Source: a virus | Taxonomy: Duplodnaviria; Caudoviricetes | Direction: 5' to 3' (one strand) | DNA: 64,000 nucleotides | Virus record (IMG/VR): IMGVR_UViG_3300028805_000074 | Span: 1-64,000 of that record | Shown: positions 55,505 through 64,000 of the stretch, in pieces | How positions within the stretch are numbered: the stretch's first letter is position 1 | Layout of the letters: every line of letters starts with the position of its first letter | Made by a program: the position numbers and the translations under genes | The notes under the pieces: model-generated | Seen by the model: the letters and a program-made list of their open reading frames with translations, nothing else | What the model was told of the DNA's origin: nothing | The model's database searches: none

Positions 55505-56133
55505 GCGACGAAGAAAGAATGTCAAAGGCAATGGAGGTGTTCAGGAACTACACGCCGGACTTTGACAACCTGAAGATATGGGACAACAAGGGGCAGGTAT
55601 CAACTGTCAAGGATATGTTAAAGAAGTTGTACCGCCGACCGAAGCCATACGAGTGGTACCGCCGCGACCTGAATCGCAAGCGACCGCACCGCAAGCAGGG
55701 GCGTAACCTATACAAGGGAATACAGGCCTACCGCCAGCGTGTCGGCCAGCCCGTGCCGTCGAAGAAGGGGCTCGGATTCCGTGGCGTGGCTCGGCTGTAT
55801 GACTATCTGCGCATCCGCGTCATCCACGATCACCCCGAAATGGCGGAGCGATGGCCAGACCTCTACACCCGCTACATGTATCTGCGCTTTCCACCGCTGG
55901 AGTTCAGAAACAAGATTTTGAATGATTTCGTTACACCTCAAAAGCCCAGTCGCGGCATCGACCTTTCACGCTACGGAATAGCGAAGGACGCCTGGATCCG
56001 GCTGCCTGCCGACAAGAGCCTGTTCGTCACGCCGTCGATATTTACGGCGGGTGCCGACGCCATCAGCCGTGCCGACCCGCACGACGATGCCGTGATGGGT
56101 ATGGCAATGGCGATGCTGAGAGACTCTGAATAA
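55501..56133 (+). CDS. Hypothetical basic protein
   Basis: ATGA overlap at 55501. Confidence 0.6.
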   Translation: MSDEERMSKAMEVFRNYTPDFDNLKIWDNKGQVSTVKDMLKKLYRRPKPYEWYRRDLNRKRPHRKQGRNLYKGIQAYRQRVGQPVPSKKGLGFRGVARLYDYLRIRVIHDHPEMAERWPDLYTRYMYLRFPPLEFRNKILNDFVTPQKPSRGIDLSRYGIAKDAWIRLPADKSLFVTPSIFTAGADAISRADPHDDAVMGMAMAMLRDSE

Positions 56134-56195
56134 TTTTAATCTAATTTTTTAATAATTTCCCGACCGGAAGAGAAGGCCAAAAACGAAAAGGATTT

Positions 56196-56612
56196 ATGAC
56201 AAAGGAAGAATTGACGGCCATTGAAAGCCGCATGACAAAAGAAGAGATAATGGAGCGGGCGCGGACGCTGCGACCCGTTGCCGAGTTCAAGGACAAGGGC
56301 GGGATGCGCTTCTGGATGGAGGCCGACCGCATCGCCACCATCGCCTACCTGTGGGACAAGAAGCCCCTCCAGCCGACGGGCTACCTGAAGGAGCTGGGGC
56401 GCATCACGACCTATCATCAGTACGGCCACCCGTCGCTGTTCAAGCCGTCGGTGGATGAGTGCGTCTACCAGTGTCCCTATCCGGAGGCCACTGCCTTTAT
56501 GATAGTCGGCGATGGCGAGTTCGACAGCCGTCTGGAGCGCCACACGGCCACGACCGTGTATTTCTCTGGCGACATTCCCGAAGAGATTATGAACCGAAAG
56601 ATTGAATGGTAG
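56196..56612 (+). CDS. Hypothetical protein
   Basis: ITTYH.YG...LFKPS..E motif. Confidence 0.7.
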   Translation: MTKEELTAIESRMTKEEIMERARTLRPVAEFKDKGGMRFWMEADRIATIAYLWDKKPLQPTGYLKELGRITTYHQYGHPSLFKPSVDECVYQCPYPEATAFMIVGDGEFDSRLERHTATTVYFSGDIPEEIMNRKIEW

Positions 56613-56623
56613 GAGGACTAACT

Positions 56624-57031
56624 ATGGCAGACCACGGAACAATATCTTTCGAGAACTCGAAGCGGATGCGGGAGCGTCGGCTGAAGGTGGACGGGCTGGT
56701 GGAACAGGCGGCCTGTGAACGGCAGGCACTCGTCGGCGCACAGCACAACCTGATAAGAGAGATAGTGAAGCAGGAGCGCAGCCACCTGAACAAGCAGGTG
56801 TATGACCTGGCCGAGCGGCAGGGCGTGAGCATCTATGACATCTGCCTGCAGTACATGCCAGAGTATGGCGAGCCGAAGTTTGACTTCGGTGGCGACGGCG
56901 TGAACATGACGCAGGAGGTAAGGCTCGTGCCCATGCCGCTGGAACTGGAGAAGGGCGGCGGCTACTGGAAGGACAAGTATTACCGTCTGAAAGAACACCT
57001 GCAGGAACTAATAGATAACAAGGAGGACTGA
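56624..57031 (+). CDS. Hypothetical protein
   Basis: ATG 56624 after GGAGG. Confidence 0.6.
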   Translation: MADHGTISFENSKRMRERRLKVDGLVEQAACERQALVGAQHNLIREIVKQERSHLNKQVYDLAERQGVSIYDICLQYMPEYGEPKFDFGGDGVNMTQEVRLVPMPLELEKGGGYWKDKYYRLKEHLQELIDNKED

Positions 57032-57035
57032 ACGT

Positions 57036-57893
57036 ATGAAATGGAATATCAACAGCTGCGACGGGATATATAACTCGTTCGACGTGCATTTCACGTCGGT
57101 GTGCGACAACCGGTGCCGTCATTGTATCGACGCAAAGTATGACGGCAAGGGAATTAAGAAACCGGATGCTCATGCCATCGCTAAGACTATCATCGAGCAT
57201 CAGGAGGGTTTCGAGGACGTGCTGTTCCTCGGCGGTGAGCCGTGCCTGTATCTGTCGGAACTCTGCGACTGTATCCGTATGATTAAGCAGGAAACTCGGC
57301 TAAAATGCTACGTCACGACCTCGGTGCCGCAGACTTGCTTCTACCAGTATCAGAAGTTTCTGGAGATGTCGGAACTGGCCGACGGCGTGAACCTTTCCGT
57401 GCAACACTACCGCGAGGACGTGGCCGACAAGATACGCTGCACCACGTCGTGCTACGACCGCCAGAAGTTCTACTCTGAGTTGCCGCATAAGGAGCGGTTT
57501 CGTATTCACTTGAACATCGTTCGGCCATGGCTCTGCGAGCGTGACGAGATACTGGCCTGTCTGCAGCATTACGACAGCATGGGATTCAACGTTATCAAGC
57601 TATCGGAACTGCAGCGTGCCACCGACAGTTACGCATCATTTGAACAGATTATGGGCATCAAACTCAAATCACCATTTGCTCATGGCTGTCAGACGTGGTT
57701 CGATATGCGTCAGTTCCTGCCAGACTATAAAGGCCGGCTGCTGCTGAAACGCTCCTGCTTCCTGAATGAGGAGACATGCCGCGCCAGTCTGATGGACGGC
57801 ATCAAGGTGTTCCGCAAGTGCCTGGTCCGACCACGGCTGCAGCACTATTCCGTGGTATATGAAGACGGCTCACTCAGCAATGGGTGGGTATAG
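57036..57893 (+). CDS. Radical SAM enzyme (candidate peptide maturase)
   Basis: CDNRCRHC (CxxxCxxC), LFLGGEP, YVTTS, VNLSVQH; extra C-terminal cysteines. Confidence 0.85.
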   Translation: MKWNINSCDGIYNSFDVHFTSVCDNRCRHCIDAKYDGKGIKKPDAHAIAKTIIEHQEGFEDVLFLGGEPCLYLSELCDCIRMIKQETRLKCYVTTSVPQTCFYQYQKFLEMSELADGVNLSVQHYREDVADKIRCTTSCYDRQKFYSELPHKERFRIHLNIVRPWLCERDEILACLQHYDSMGFNVIKLSELQRATDSYASFEQIMGIKLKSPFAHGCQTWFDMRQFLPDYKGRLLLKRSCFLNEETCRASLMDGIKVFRKCLVRPRLQHYSVVYEDGSLSNGWV

Positions 57894-57920
57894 TATAAAT
57901 CCTTTAATACATTAACAACT

Positions 57921-58106
57921 ATGTGGACAAGATTTCTTAGAAACATGATGGCGCAACACGCGCTGAAGATGAGCCACTGCTCAACGGGCGGCGGCTATGG
58001 CGGGGCATCACATTGCTCCAGTGGAGAAACATTTTATCGTAAAGTAGGCGCAGGGCACTGTGTCACCTATGAGCCAGTCAACCGAGGCAATGGGCACTGC
58101 GGGTAA
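57921..58106 (+). CDS. 61-aa peptide with four (S/G)HC motifs (candidate RiPP precursor)
   Basis: MWTRFLRNMMAQHALKM-SHC-STGGGYGGA-SHC-SSGETFYRKVGA-GHC-VTYEPVNRGN-GHC-G; A-rich leader; 27 nt after the radical SAM stop. Confidence 0.65.
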   Translation: MWTRFLRNMMAQHALKMSHCSTGGGYGGASHCSSGETFYRKVGAGHCVTYEPVNRGNGHCG

Positions 58107-58146
58107 AGAGAAATATTTGTTATTAACAATTTAAACATTTACGATT

Positions 58147-58623
58147 ATGAGATCAAGAACAGCTATTTGGTTTGAGTGCAAGGTCCGCTATGAGAAGGTC
58201 ATGGAGAACGGCTTGCAGAAGAAAGTGACGGAACAGTATGTGGTGGACGCCCTCTCGTTCAGCGAGGCGGAGCAGCGCATCATCGAGGAAATGTCGAGCT
58301 ACATCAGCGGCGAGTTTGAGGTGACGGACGTGAAGAAGGCGACGTACAAAGAGGTGTTTTTCAGCGATTGCGAGACGGAGGACCGCTACTTCAAGGCGAA
58401 GGTGCAGTTCATCACCATCGACGAGAAGACGGAGAAGGAGAAGCGCTCGAACGTGTACTATCTCGTGCAGGCCGCCACGCTCGACGGCGCCGTCAAGAAC
58501 ATCAACGAGGTGATGGGCGGCACGATGATCGACTACGAGAAGTCCACCGTCAGCGAGACGAAGATCCTCGATGTGTTCGAGTACCAGAAGGCGGACAAGA
58601 AGGAGGCTGGCGATGGCGAGTAG
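58147..58623 (+). CDS. DUF4494-like protein
   Basis: WFECKVRYEKVMENG.QKKVTE.YVVDALSF.EAE.RI.EEM and ETKILDVF. Confidence 0.85.
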   Translation: MRSRTAIWFECKVRYEKVMENGLQKKVTEQYVVDALSFSEAEQRIIEEMSSYISGEFEVTDVKKATYKEVFFSDCETEDRYFKAKVQFITIDEKTEKEKRSNVYYLVQAATLDGAVKNINEVMGGTMIDYEKSTVSETKILDVFEYQKADKKEAGDGE

Positions 58624-58921
58624 GGTGCCCACGTTCAAGGAGTTCTGGGCGGCGTACCCGCTGCACAAGGACCGGCTGAGGGCGGAGAAGGCGTGGCTGC
58701 GGATGACGGCTGCCGACAAGGCGGCTGCCATCGCGGCCCTGCCCGCCTACACCGCCGACTGCCGCCAGCGCGGCGTGGCATTCCAGTACGCACAGGGCTG
58801 GCTCAACGGCCGCCGGTGGGAGGATGAGATAGAGGAGCCGCAGACGGAAACTCCGCAGACGGAAACTCCACCGCCAGCCGACACCGCCGCCCCCTCGCTT
58901 GCGGACATGGAGACGTGGTGA
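58613..58921 (+). CDS. Small protein resembling phage replication-initiator C-terminal domains
   Basis: F.EFW.AYP.......AEKAW and WLN.RRWEDE; 15-bp tandem repeat (QTETP x2). Confidence 0.6.
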   Translation: MASRVPTFKEFWAAYPLHKDRLRAEKAWLRMTAADKAAAIAALPAYTADCRQRGVAFQYAQGWLNGRRWEDEIEEPQTETPQTETPPPADTAAPSLADMETW

Positions 58922-58955
58922 CACAGAGTATTAACAATTAAACGAAACAGAGATT

Positions 58956-59477
58956 ATGGACAAACTGACACCAACAAGAGAAGAGATGCTCGACTTCGCA
59001 AAGATGGCGACTTTCCATCTCGACGACCGCCTCTGCCCGTTCAGCCGCGAAGACTTGCGGGCGGAATCGTGGCTAAACGGCTACTACTTTGCCAAGCGGC
59101 ATCAGAAACCTGCCGAGGAAGAAGAGCAGAACCGGGCTCTCATGCCTGCCGACGTGGAGCATCTGGGCAAGCCGGTGCCCGAAGAGGAGCAACAGGGACT
59201 GGACGGATTCCAGCAGCACGTCGACCATATCATCAACCCCGAGAAGCGCGAGGCCATCGGCTTCTGCAACGTATGCGACGGCCTGCTGTTCCAGGCCCGC
59301 AAGGTGCTGCAAATGGACGAGCAGCAGGAGCAGGCGTACGAGAAGGGCTACGACGAAGCCAGCAGGAAGCTGATAGCCAAGGCTGAGAGCATCATAAGCG
59401 AGGCTCCGGAGGGACTGCTGTCTGAGGACTACATGCTGGGGATGAAGGAACTGTTGGAGAAAATTAAGGAGGACTGA
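58956..59477 (+). CDS. Hypothetical protein
   Basis: ATG ORF. Confidence 0.6.
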   Translation: MDKLTPTREEMLDFAKMATFHLDDRLCPFSREDLRAESWLNGYYFAKRHQKPAEEEEQNRALMPADVEHLGKPVPEEEQQGLDGFQQHVDHIINPEKREAIGFCNVCDGLLFQARKVLQMDEQQEQAYEKGYDEASRKLIAKAESIISEAPEGLLSEDYMLGMKELLEKIKED

Positions 59478-59479
59478 CT

Positions 59480-59650
59480 ATGAGAGTAAGAGTAAGAATT
59501 GACGGCTACATCAACGTCGATGACGAAAACGTAACCGAGCAGGAAGTTGAAGAGGCAGTTTATTTCAGCCTCGGAATGGGAAGCATGAGCTTAGACAATC
59601 CTGTTGGCGACCCGGACTGGGACGAAGCAGATGTCGAAGTGGATTTGTAA
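59480..59650 (+). CDS. Small acidic protein (56 aa, below track cutoff)
   Basis: MRVRVRIDGYINVDD...; follows the GGAGGACTGACTATG junction. Confidence 0.5.
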   Translation: MRVRVRIDGYINVDDENVTEQEVEEAVYFSLGMGSMSLDNPVGDPDWDEADVEVDL

Positions 59651-59667
59651 CAAGCATTAAACGAATT

Positions 59668-60570
59668 ATGAAGAAAGAAGAACTATCAATCGGCGATTGG
59701 GTATGGAACGAGTTCAACCATCAGCCGGAGCAGGTGGTGGAACTGAGGGAGCGGCAGGTGATGCTGGCCTACAACGACCTGTACGACTACGACGACATCA
59801 AGCCGCTGACGCCGACGGACTACATGATGCGACGCAACGGATTCACGGAGGACGGAGCACTGCGTCACTGGTGGCGCAAGTACGAGGGTGAGCGTAAAAT
59901 CAGCGTCTATCTGCACGAGGTAATGGGACGCTTCTTCACCTACGACTACTGGATTGACCAGCCCTTCGACATGACACGGCAGACCCTTTTCAGCAGCTCG
60001 ATAAGGGAAATGGGCGACCTGTTCGTCTGCAAGAAGCAGGCACGCAGCCTGACGGCAGGCTGTGCCGACGGCATCCACCTGCTACAGCACGCGATGAACA
60101 GTGCGGGCATCGACTTCGAGTGGGACATGACGCCGGAGCCGAAGCCGGAGAAACAAGAGGAGATAAGCCCCGGCCAGTACGAGTGGATACTCGACATCAA
60201 CACGGCGGCACACATGGCATGGCGCGGACTGCCGCTATATACTGCCGACAAGCGCCGCCCCATCGACGAGTGCCCGACCATCGACACAAGCATGGTGCAT
60301 TGGGTGAAGCAGAGCGACGGCACCTATCTGACGTGGTCGGCACAGCGGCTGATAGACATGCTGCCCGAGCGGCTGAACTACTATCTGGAGAACGACCTCC
60401 GCCTGCAGCACTACCGCCACGGCGACGTGTATGTGGTGAAGTACGAGAGCGACACCCAGATACTGGAGTGCCGCTCGTCGAACCTGCTCGATGCGCTCCG
60501 CAAGATGTACGACCGCCTGCTGCCCGACAGCCACCTGAAATCGCAGATCGACTTCAAGCGGTGGCAGTGA
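59668..60570 (+). CDS. Hypothetical protein
   Basis: EELSIGDWV...IKP......M.RNGF N-terminus. Confidence 0.7.
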   Translation: MKKEELSIGDWVWNEFNHQPEQVVELRERQVMLAYNDLYDYDDIKPLTPTDYMMRRNGFTEDGALRHWWRKYEGERKISVYLHEVMGRFFTYDYWIDQPFDMTRQTLFSSSIREMGDLFVCKKQARSLTAGCADGIHLLQHAMNSAGIDFEWDMTPEPKPEKQEEISPGQYEWILDINTAAHMAWRGLPLYTADKRRPIDECPTIDTSMVHWVKQSDGTYLTWSAQRLIDMLPERLNYYLENDLRLQHYRHGDVYVVKYESDTQILECRSSNLLDALRKMYDRLLPDSHLKSQIDFKRWQ

Positions 60571-60641
60571 GCCTTGATGCCCTCGCATACCGCGCACACA
60601 TTATATATATTATACAGCAAACCCACTAAACGAAAGAGATT

Positions 60642-61145
60642 ATGAAGAAGAAGCATAAAGACCTGCAGCCGTGGCTGGACTATTTCGCCATGCTGCGGCG
60701 GCACGAGGAGCAGGGGTTCCTGCACGTGAAGGCGCAGGAGCACGAGGCCTACGTGACGCTGCCGGCACTGCTGGTGCTGGCTGGCATGGACGAGACGGAG
60801 GTAAGGCAGGGTGACATCATGCGCGACGGAATGCGGATGATGCGCCGCTGCACCGCACTGGTGCGCCACCTGCGCACCTACGCCGCCTACCTCGCGGCCC
60901 ACGCCAAGGGCCTCTCGACATTCGACCCCAAAGTGGCCTACGACCCCACGCAGCCCCTGCCAAAGATTCCTGTCGGGCCACTGACGGACTACCTGCGCCA
61001 GCCCTTCGCCTTGAACGTCGTGCAGCCCGACGAGCCGCACGACCCGCTCTTTACCCTGCTCATCGAGACCCGCCGCCCCTGGTGGCGCCTCTGGATGCCG
61101 CACGACCACATCGAAGTAATCACGTATCAGGAGGAGAGAGTATGA
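60642..61145 (+). CDS. Hypothetical protein
   Basis: ATG ORF. Confidence 0.6.
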   Translation: MKKKHKDLQPWLDYFAMLRRHEEQGFLHVKAQEHEAYVTLPALLVLAGMDETEVRQGDIMRDGMRMMRRCTALVRHLRTYAAYLAAHAKGLSTFDPKVAYDPTQPLPKIPVGPLTDYLRQPFALNVVQPDEPHDPLFTLLIETRRPWWRLWMPHDHIEVITYQEERV

Positions 61146-61747
61146 GCAAGACCAATTCGCTGCACTACGACCTGTGCGTGGAGGGAGCCAAGTGGCTGCG
61201 CCGTCGGCAGGACTTCAACCGGTGTCGGAAGAAGGGGAAGCCGTGCTTCAACCTCGATCTGTGCCGTGGCTGTCGGCTGGCGTTCAAGTACGTTGCCGTG
61301 GAGCTATGCACCTATGGGACGGAGAACTGTGACGTGTGGGGCTACGACGGCTACTCGACCGCCGTCATCGAGGTCAAGGTGAGCCACGCCGACTTCATGG
61401 CCGACCAGAAGAAATGGTGGCGCAGGGACGCTCCCGACGATATGCGGGCGGGCAACCTGCGCTGGTATCTTTGTCCCGACGGCATCATCAAGCCAAACGA
61501 ACTGCCCGACGGCTGGGGGCTGCTCTACTGGGACGGACGGCAGATTGTTCCGCAGGTGGCGCCGAAGTCGCACATGGCGACGGGTCATGCCGACATGAAG
61601 ATACTCTACTCGATACTGCGCCGCGAGGGTTTCCCGCAGAAGATATTCAACTATCGCGGCCAGCCCTCGACCATCCAGCCCAAGACTATCAACGGAGTGC
61701 CCGAAAGGGAGTGGTATAAACAACAAGGAAAGGAGGACTGCCTATGA
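61142..61747 (+). CDS. PD-(D/E)XK-like nuclease-fold protein (MmcB-like)
   Basis: E..DVWG...VIEVKVS.ADF.AD.KK, G..RWYLCP, ELP.GWGLL. Confidence 0.7.
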   Translation: MSKTNSLHYDLCVEGAKWLRRRQDFNRCRKKGKPCFNLDLCRGCRLAFKYVAVELCTYGTENCDVWGYDGYSTAVIEVKVSHADFMADQKKWWRRDAPDDMRAGNLRWYLCPDGIIKPNELPDGWGLLYWDGRQIVPQVAPKSHMATGHADMKILYSILRREGFPQKIFNYRGQPSTIQPKTINGVPEREWYKQQGKEDCL

Positions 61748-62232
61748 CCGACTACAATCACAATGCCCGTTTCTCTCACCCTGCTATCAAGCCCGACGGC
61801 GAGGCGGAGGCACCGCTGACGCGGCCGACGAACCGCGACCCGGAGAACGAGAACATCATCGTCACGGGGCCGTTCTACCGGGTGATGAAGAACATGGACC
61901 GCGTGCCGCTCCGTGACTACATGGACCACGGCTACGAGACCCGACAGGATTTCTGCGACGCCGTGCGCGAACTCATCAGCCGCTGGGGCGGGCGCGAGGG
62001 CGAGTGCTTCGAGGAGCGGGCGTGGCACGGCAAAGAAGGCGAGGCAATCGACCAGCGCCACCGCGCCCTGCACCTGCGCTTCCACGACACGCCCGGCGGA
62101 CTGCCCGACGAGGCGTGGCTGCCCCTGTATCTGCTGGAGCCAATCCCCACGCCGCCCGGGCTCATACCCCACGAGCCGACCGAAGAGGAACTCCTGCAGC
62201 AGGAAATCGACGAGGCGCTGGGGTTCGACTGA
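61744..62232 (+). CDS. Hypothetical protein
   Basis: ATGA overlap; last gene of the early/middle run. Confidence 0.6.
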   Translation: MTDYNHNARFSHPAIKPDGEAEAPLTRPTNRDPENENIIVTGPFYRVMKNMDRVPLRDYMDHGYETRQDFCDAVRELISRWGGREGECFEERAWHGKEGEAIDQRHRALHLRFHDTPGGLPDEAWLPLYLLEPIPTPPGLIPHEPTEEELLQQEIDEALGFD

Positions 62233-62237
62233 CACGA

Positions 62238-62323
62238 TGCCCTTGGCTAAAGCCGAGCGCAGGCTGCGGTTCAGTATAGGGCGCTCATGCCTGGCATGGC
62301 GACACTCTGCGTTCACCTCGCGC
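62238..62323 (-). repeat. Composite element related to 12605-12684 and 14835-14984
   Basis: Minus strand ends aaccgcagcctgcgctcggctttagccaagggca; abuts the late-type motif. Confidence 0.6.
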
Positions 62324-62361
62324 TGCCCTTGATTTCGAGAACGCCGCAATGTATTATGGGG
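62324..62361 (+). promoter_or_regulatory. Putative phage late promoter, copy 6
   Basis: TGCCCTTGATT-N16-GTATTATGGGG upstream of ATG 62381. Confidence 0.65.
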
Positions 62362-62380
62362 TAAATAAATATTATCCCGT

Positions 62381-64000
62381 ATGGAACATTTAGCACTTGA
62401 AATCTTCGACCTCGCCGACGGCAAGACCAGCATCACGGCGCTGGGCTCACAGTATGCCAACCTGCCGGAGGATGCGAGCATCAGCATCACCGACACCAGC
62501 GAGATCTTCGACAGCGGCGACGTGTGGAGCCATTCGTTCACGCTGAACATCCCTGCCAACCTGCACATCTTCGGAACCAGCGGCGACATCCACGGCTCGC
62601 GGCTGCACGACCAGATAGACAAGCGCCGGGCCCGGCTCTGGGTGGAGGGCTTGCCCCTCTACCTGGGCTACCTGCGCCTGAGCGACGAGGTGGAGGTGGA
62701 CGAGGACGGCAACGTCGACGTCACATTCGAGAGCGGCCAGCACACCTTCGACGAGATGATCGACGGGGCCAAGGCCAACCAGGTGCCGATGATGTCGGAC
62801 GTACAGATAGGCATGGCCCTCTGGCGCAAGCGGTGGACGAAGTTCAGGGTGAAGCTGATGGCGTCGCTGACGCTTAAAGACAAAAAGACCCTGAAGGGAA
62901 ACGTAACCCGTGCGAACGGCGAGGAGTGGTTCGACTTTGAATACAACGGCGAGGACGAGGGCAACTCCGTGCAGCAGTACCCCCGCATGGTGTTCCCTAA
63001 CGGCACGTTCACCGACTACGCCCATGAGAACCCCGACGAGGACTCCGACTACATCAACACCGACAACCCCTACGACGAAGCCCACCCCTACTGCAATGTT
63101 CCGCTCTGCTACCAGAAGTACGGCTACGACAAGAAGGACAAAGACGGGGTGGTGACAACCGACTACAGCGGCGAGCCGGAGGCCCAGCGCGGCTACGAGT
63201 ACATGCCAGCGAACCGTGTGAACTCAGCACCCAATTTTTTTGTCATCTACTGGATCCGCGCCCTGATGAAGCACCTCGGCATCTACATTGAGGAGAACCA
63301 GATGATGGACGTGGCGGACCTGCGGCGGTTGTTTTTCGTAAACACCAACTGTGCCTACGAAGAACCGACCAACCTGAAAGGCGCCAACCGCTCGCGCTAC
63401 GGCAAGTATTTCCAGTACGCCTGGCAAGGCAGGCTCATACCTGAATACATCAACTCCAAACAGAACGTCAAGATAGATGAAAGCGGCTTCGTTGGTACTA
63501 ACGTAAAAATACTGGTCGGAAATATAGGCACCGAAGATATTACCAACAAAGTGTCGGTAAAAATCCGCGAGGTGGAGGAATGGAGCGACAACGACAAGAG
63601 CAAATACAAGTCGCACAACAGCTTCTTTCATAAGGCCTTCGCCACGAGCAAATGTTTCCCCGACGCGGACATCAGCGATGTAATCAGTGCCCTGGAGAGC
63701 GGTTTCGGCATCCGCCTGCTGTTCAGCGACGACTACCAGCGCGTACGCATCGTGCTGCTCAGGAACATCCTCCGCAGCCAAGAGGTACAGGCCATCAAGT
63801 GCGACATCATCGGCGAGCCCACGAAGACCGAGAACAATATCCGTGGATTCCGCATGACCTACGGCGACTCGGACGACACGCACTTCTACTACAAGGGATT
63901 CGCCGACATGCTGCCACACAAGAAGGAGCTGTGGGTGGACAACAGCGACACACACGACTACTCGCACTGGGACCTGAACGCCGACTACGCCAAGCTCATC
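62381..64000 (+). CDS. Large probable tail/structural protein, 5' part (>=540 aa; absent from the ORF track because it runs off the window)
   Basis: MEHLALEIFD...LPEDASISITDTSEIFDSGDVWSHSFTLNIPANLHIFG...; same frame at both ends of the stretch; N-terminus resembles Bacteroidales phage tail proteins. Confidence 0.75.
   Translation, partial: MEHLALEIFDLADGKTSITALGSQYANLPEDASISITDTSEIFDSGDVWSHSFTLNIPANLHIFGTSGDIHGSRLHDQIDKRRARLWVEGLPLYLGYLRLSDEVEVDEDGNVDVTFESGQHTFDEMIDGAKANQVPMMSDVQIGMALWRKRWTKFRVKLMASLTLKDKKTLKGNVTRANGEEWFDFEYNGEDEGNSVQQYPRMVFPNGTFTDYAHENPDEDSDYINTDNPYDEAHPYCNVPLCYQKYGYDKKDKDGVVTTDYSGEPEAQRGYEYMPANRVNSAPNFFVIYWIRALMKHLGIYIEENQMMDVADLRRLFFVNTNCAYEEPTNLKGANRSRYGKYFQYAWQGRLIPEYINSKQNVKIDESGFVGTNVKILVGNIGTEDITNKVSVKIREVEEWSDNDKSKYKSHNSFFHKAFATSKCFPDADISDVISALESGFGIRLLFSDDYQRVRIVLLRNILRSQEVQAIKCDIIGEPTKTENNIRGFRMTYGDSDDTHFYYKGFADMLPHKKELWVDNSDTHDYSHWDLNADYAKLI

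Noticed and set aside
1-64000. Stop-codon reassignment as in some gut phages
   Set aside because: Genes are full length in code 11, and TAA, TAG and TGA all terminate credible genes

Overview
The whole window reads as part of a temperate Bacteroidales (Prevotella-like) phage or prophage genome. It is GC-rich, has Bacteroidetes TAnnTTTG promoters and A-rich start-codon leaders, and shows no host housekeeping operon, integrase, terminase or capsid gene. The left part (1-23.7 kb, mostly minus strand) holds accessory morons, a 6-gene uncharacterised operon led by a Gly/Gln-rich CQCCC protein, a diversity-generating retroelement (DGR), small fibre-like genes, a 2212-aa tail-fibre-like protein with a 783-bp tandem duplication, and two holin-like genes. 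The DGR has a target fibre gene with VR, a MutS-I-like accessory gene, a TR and an RT. 19 of 20 TR/VR mismatches are at TR adenines, and the RT carries a +1 frameshift. A cI-like repressor switch lies at 24.1-25.1 kb. It is followed by a ~37-kb plus-strand early/middle region with a primase-helicase, an IF-1 homologue, an HU-like protein, two radical SAM enzymes, a C5 DNA methyltransferase, DUF3127/DUF4406/DUF4494/ASCH-like proteins and many small ORFs. A probable structural gene runs off the right end. The least explained signals are: (i) a radical SAM gene followed by a 61-aa peptide with four (S/G)HC motifs, a candidate phage-encoded RiPP; (ii) a bipartite motif TGCCCTTGATT-N16-GTAWWWTG before six structural/lysis transcription units; (iii) a 30-bp palindromic element inserted in frame three times in the primase gene; (iv) a dispersed, covarying, apparently nested hairpin family. 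Family names come from motif recognition by eye, not database searches.
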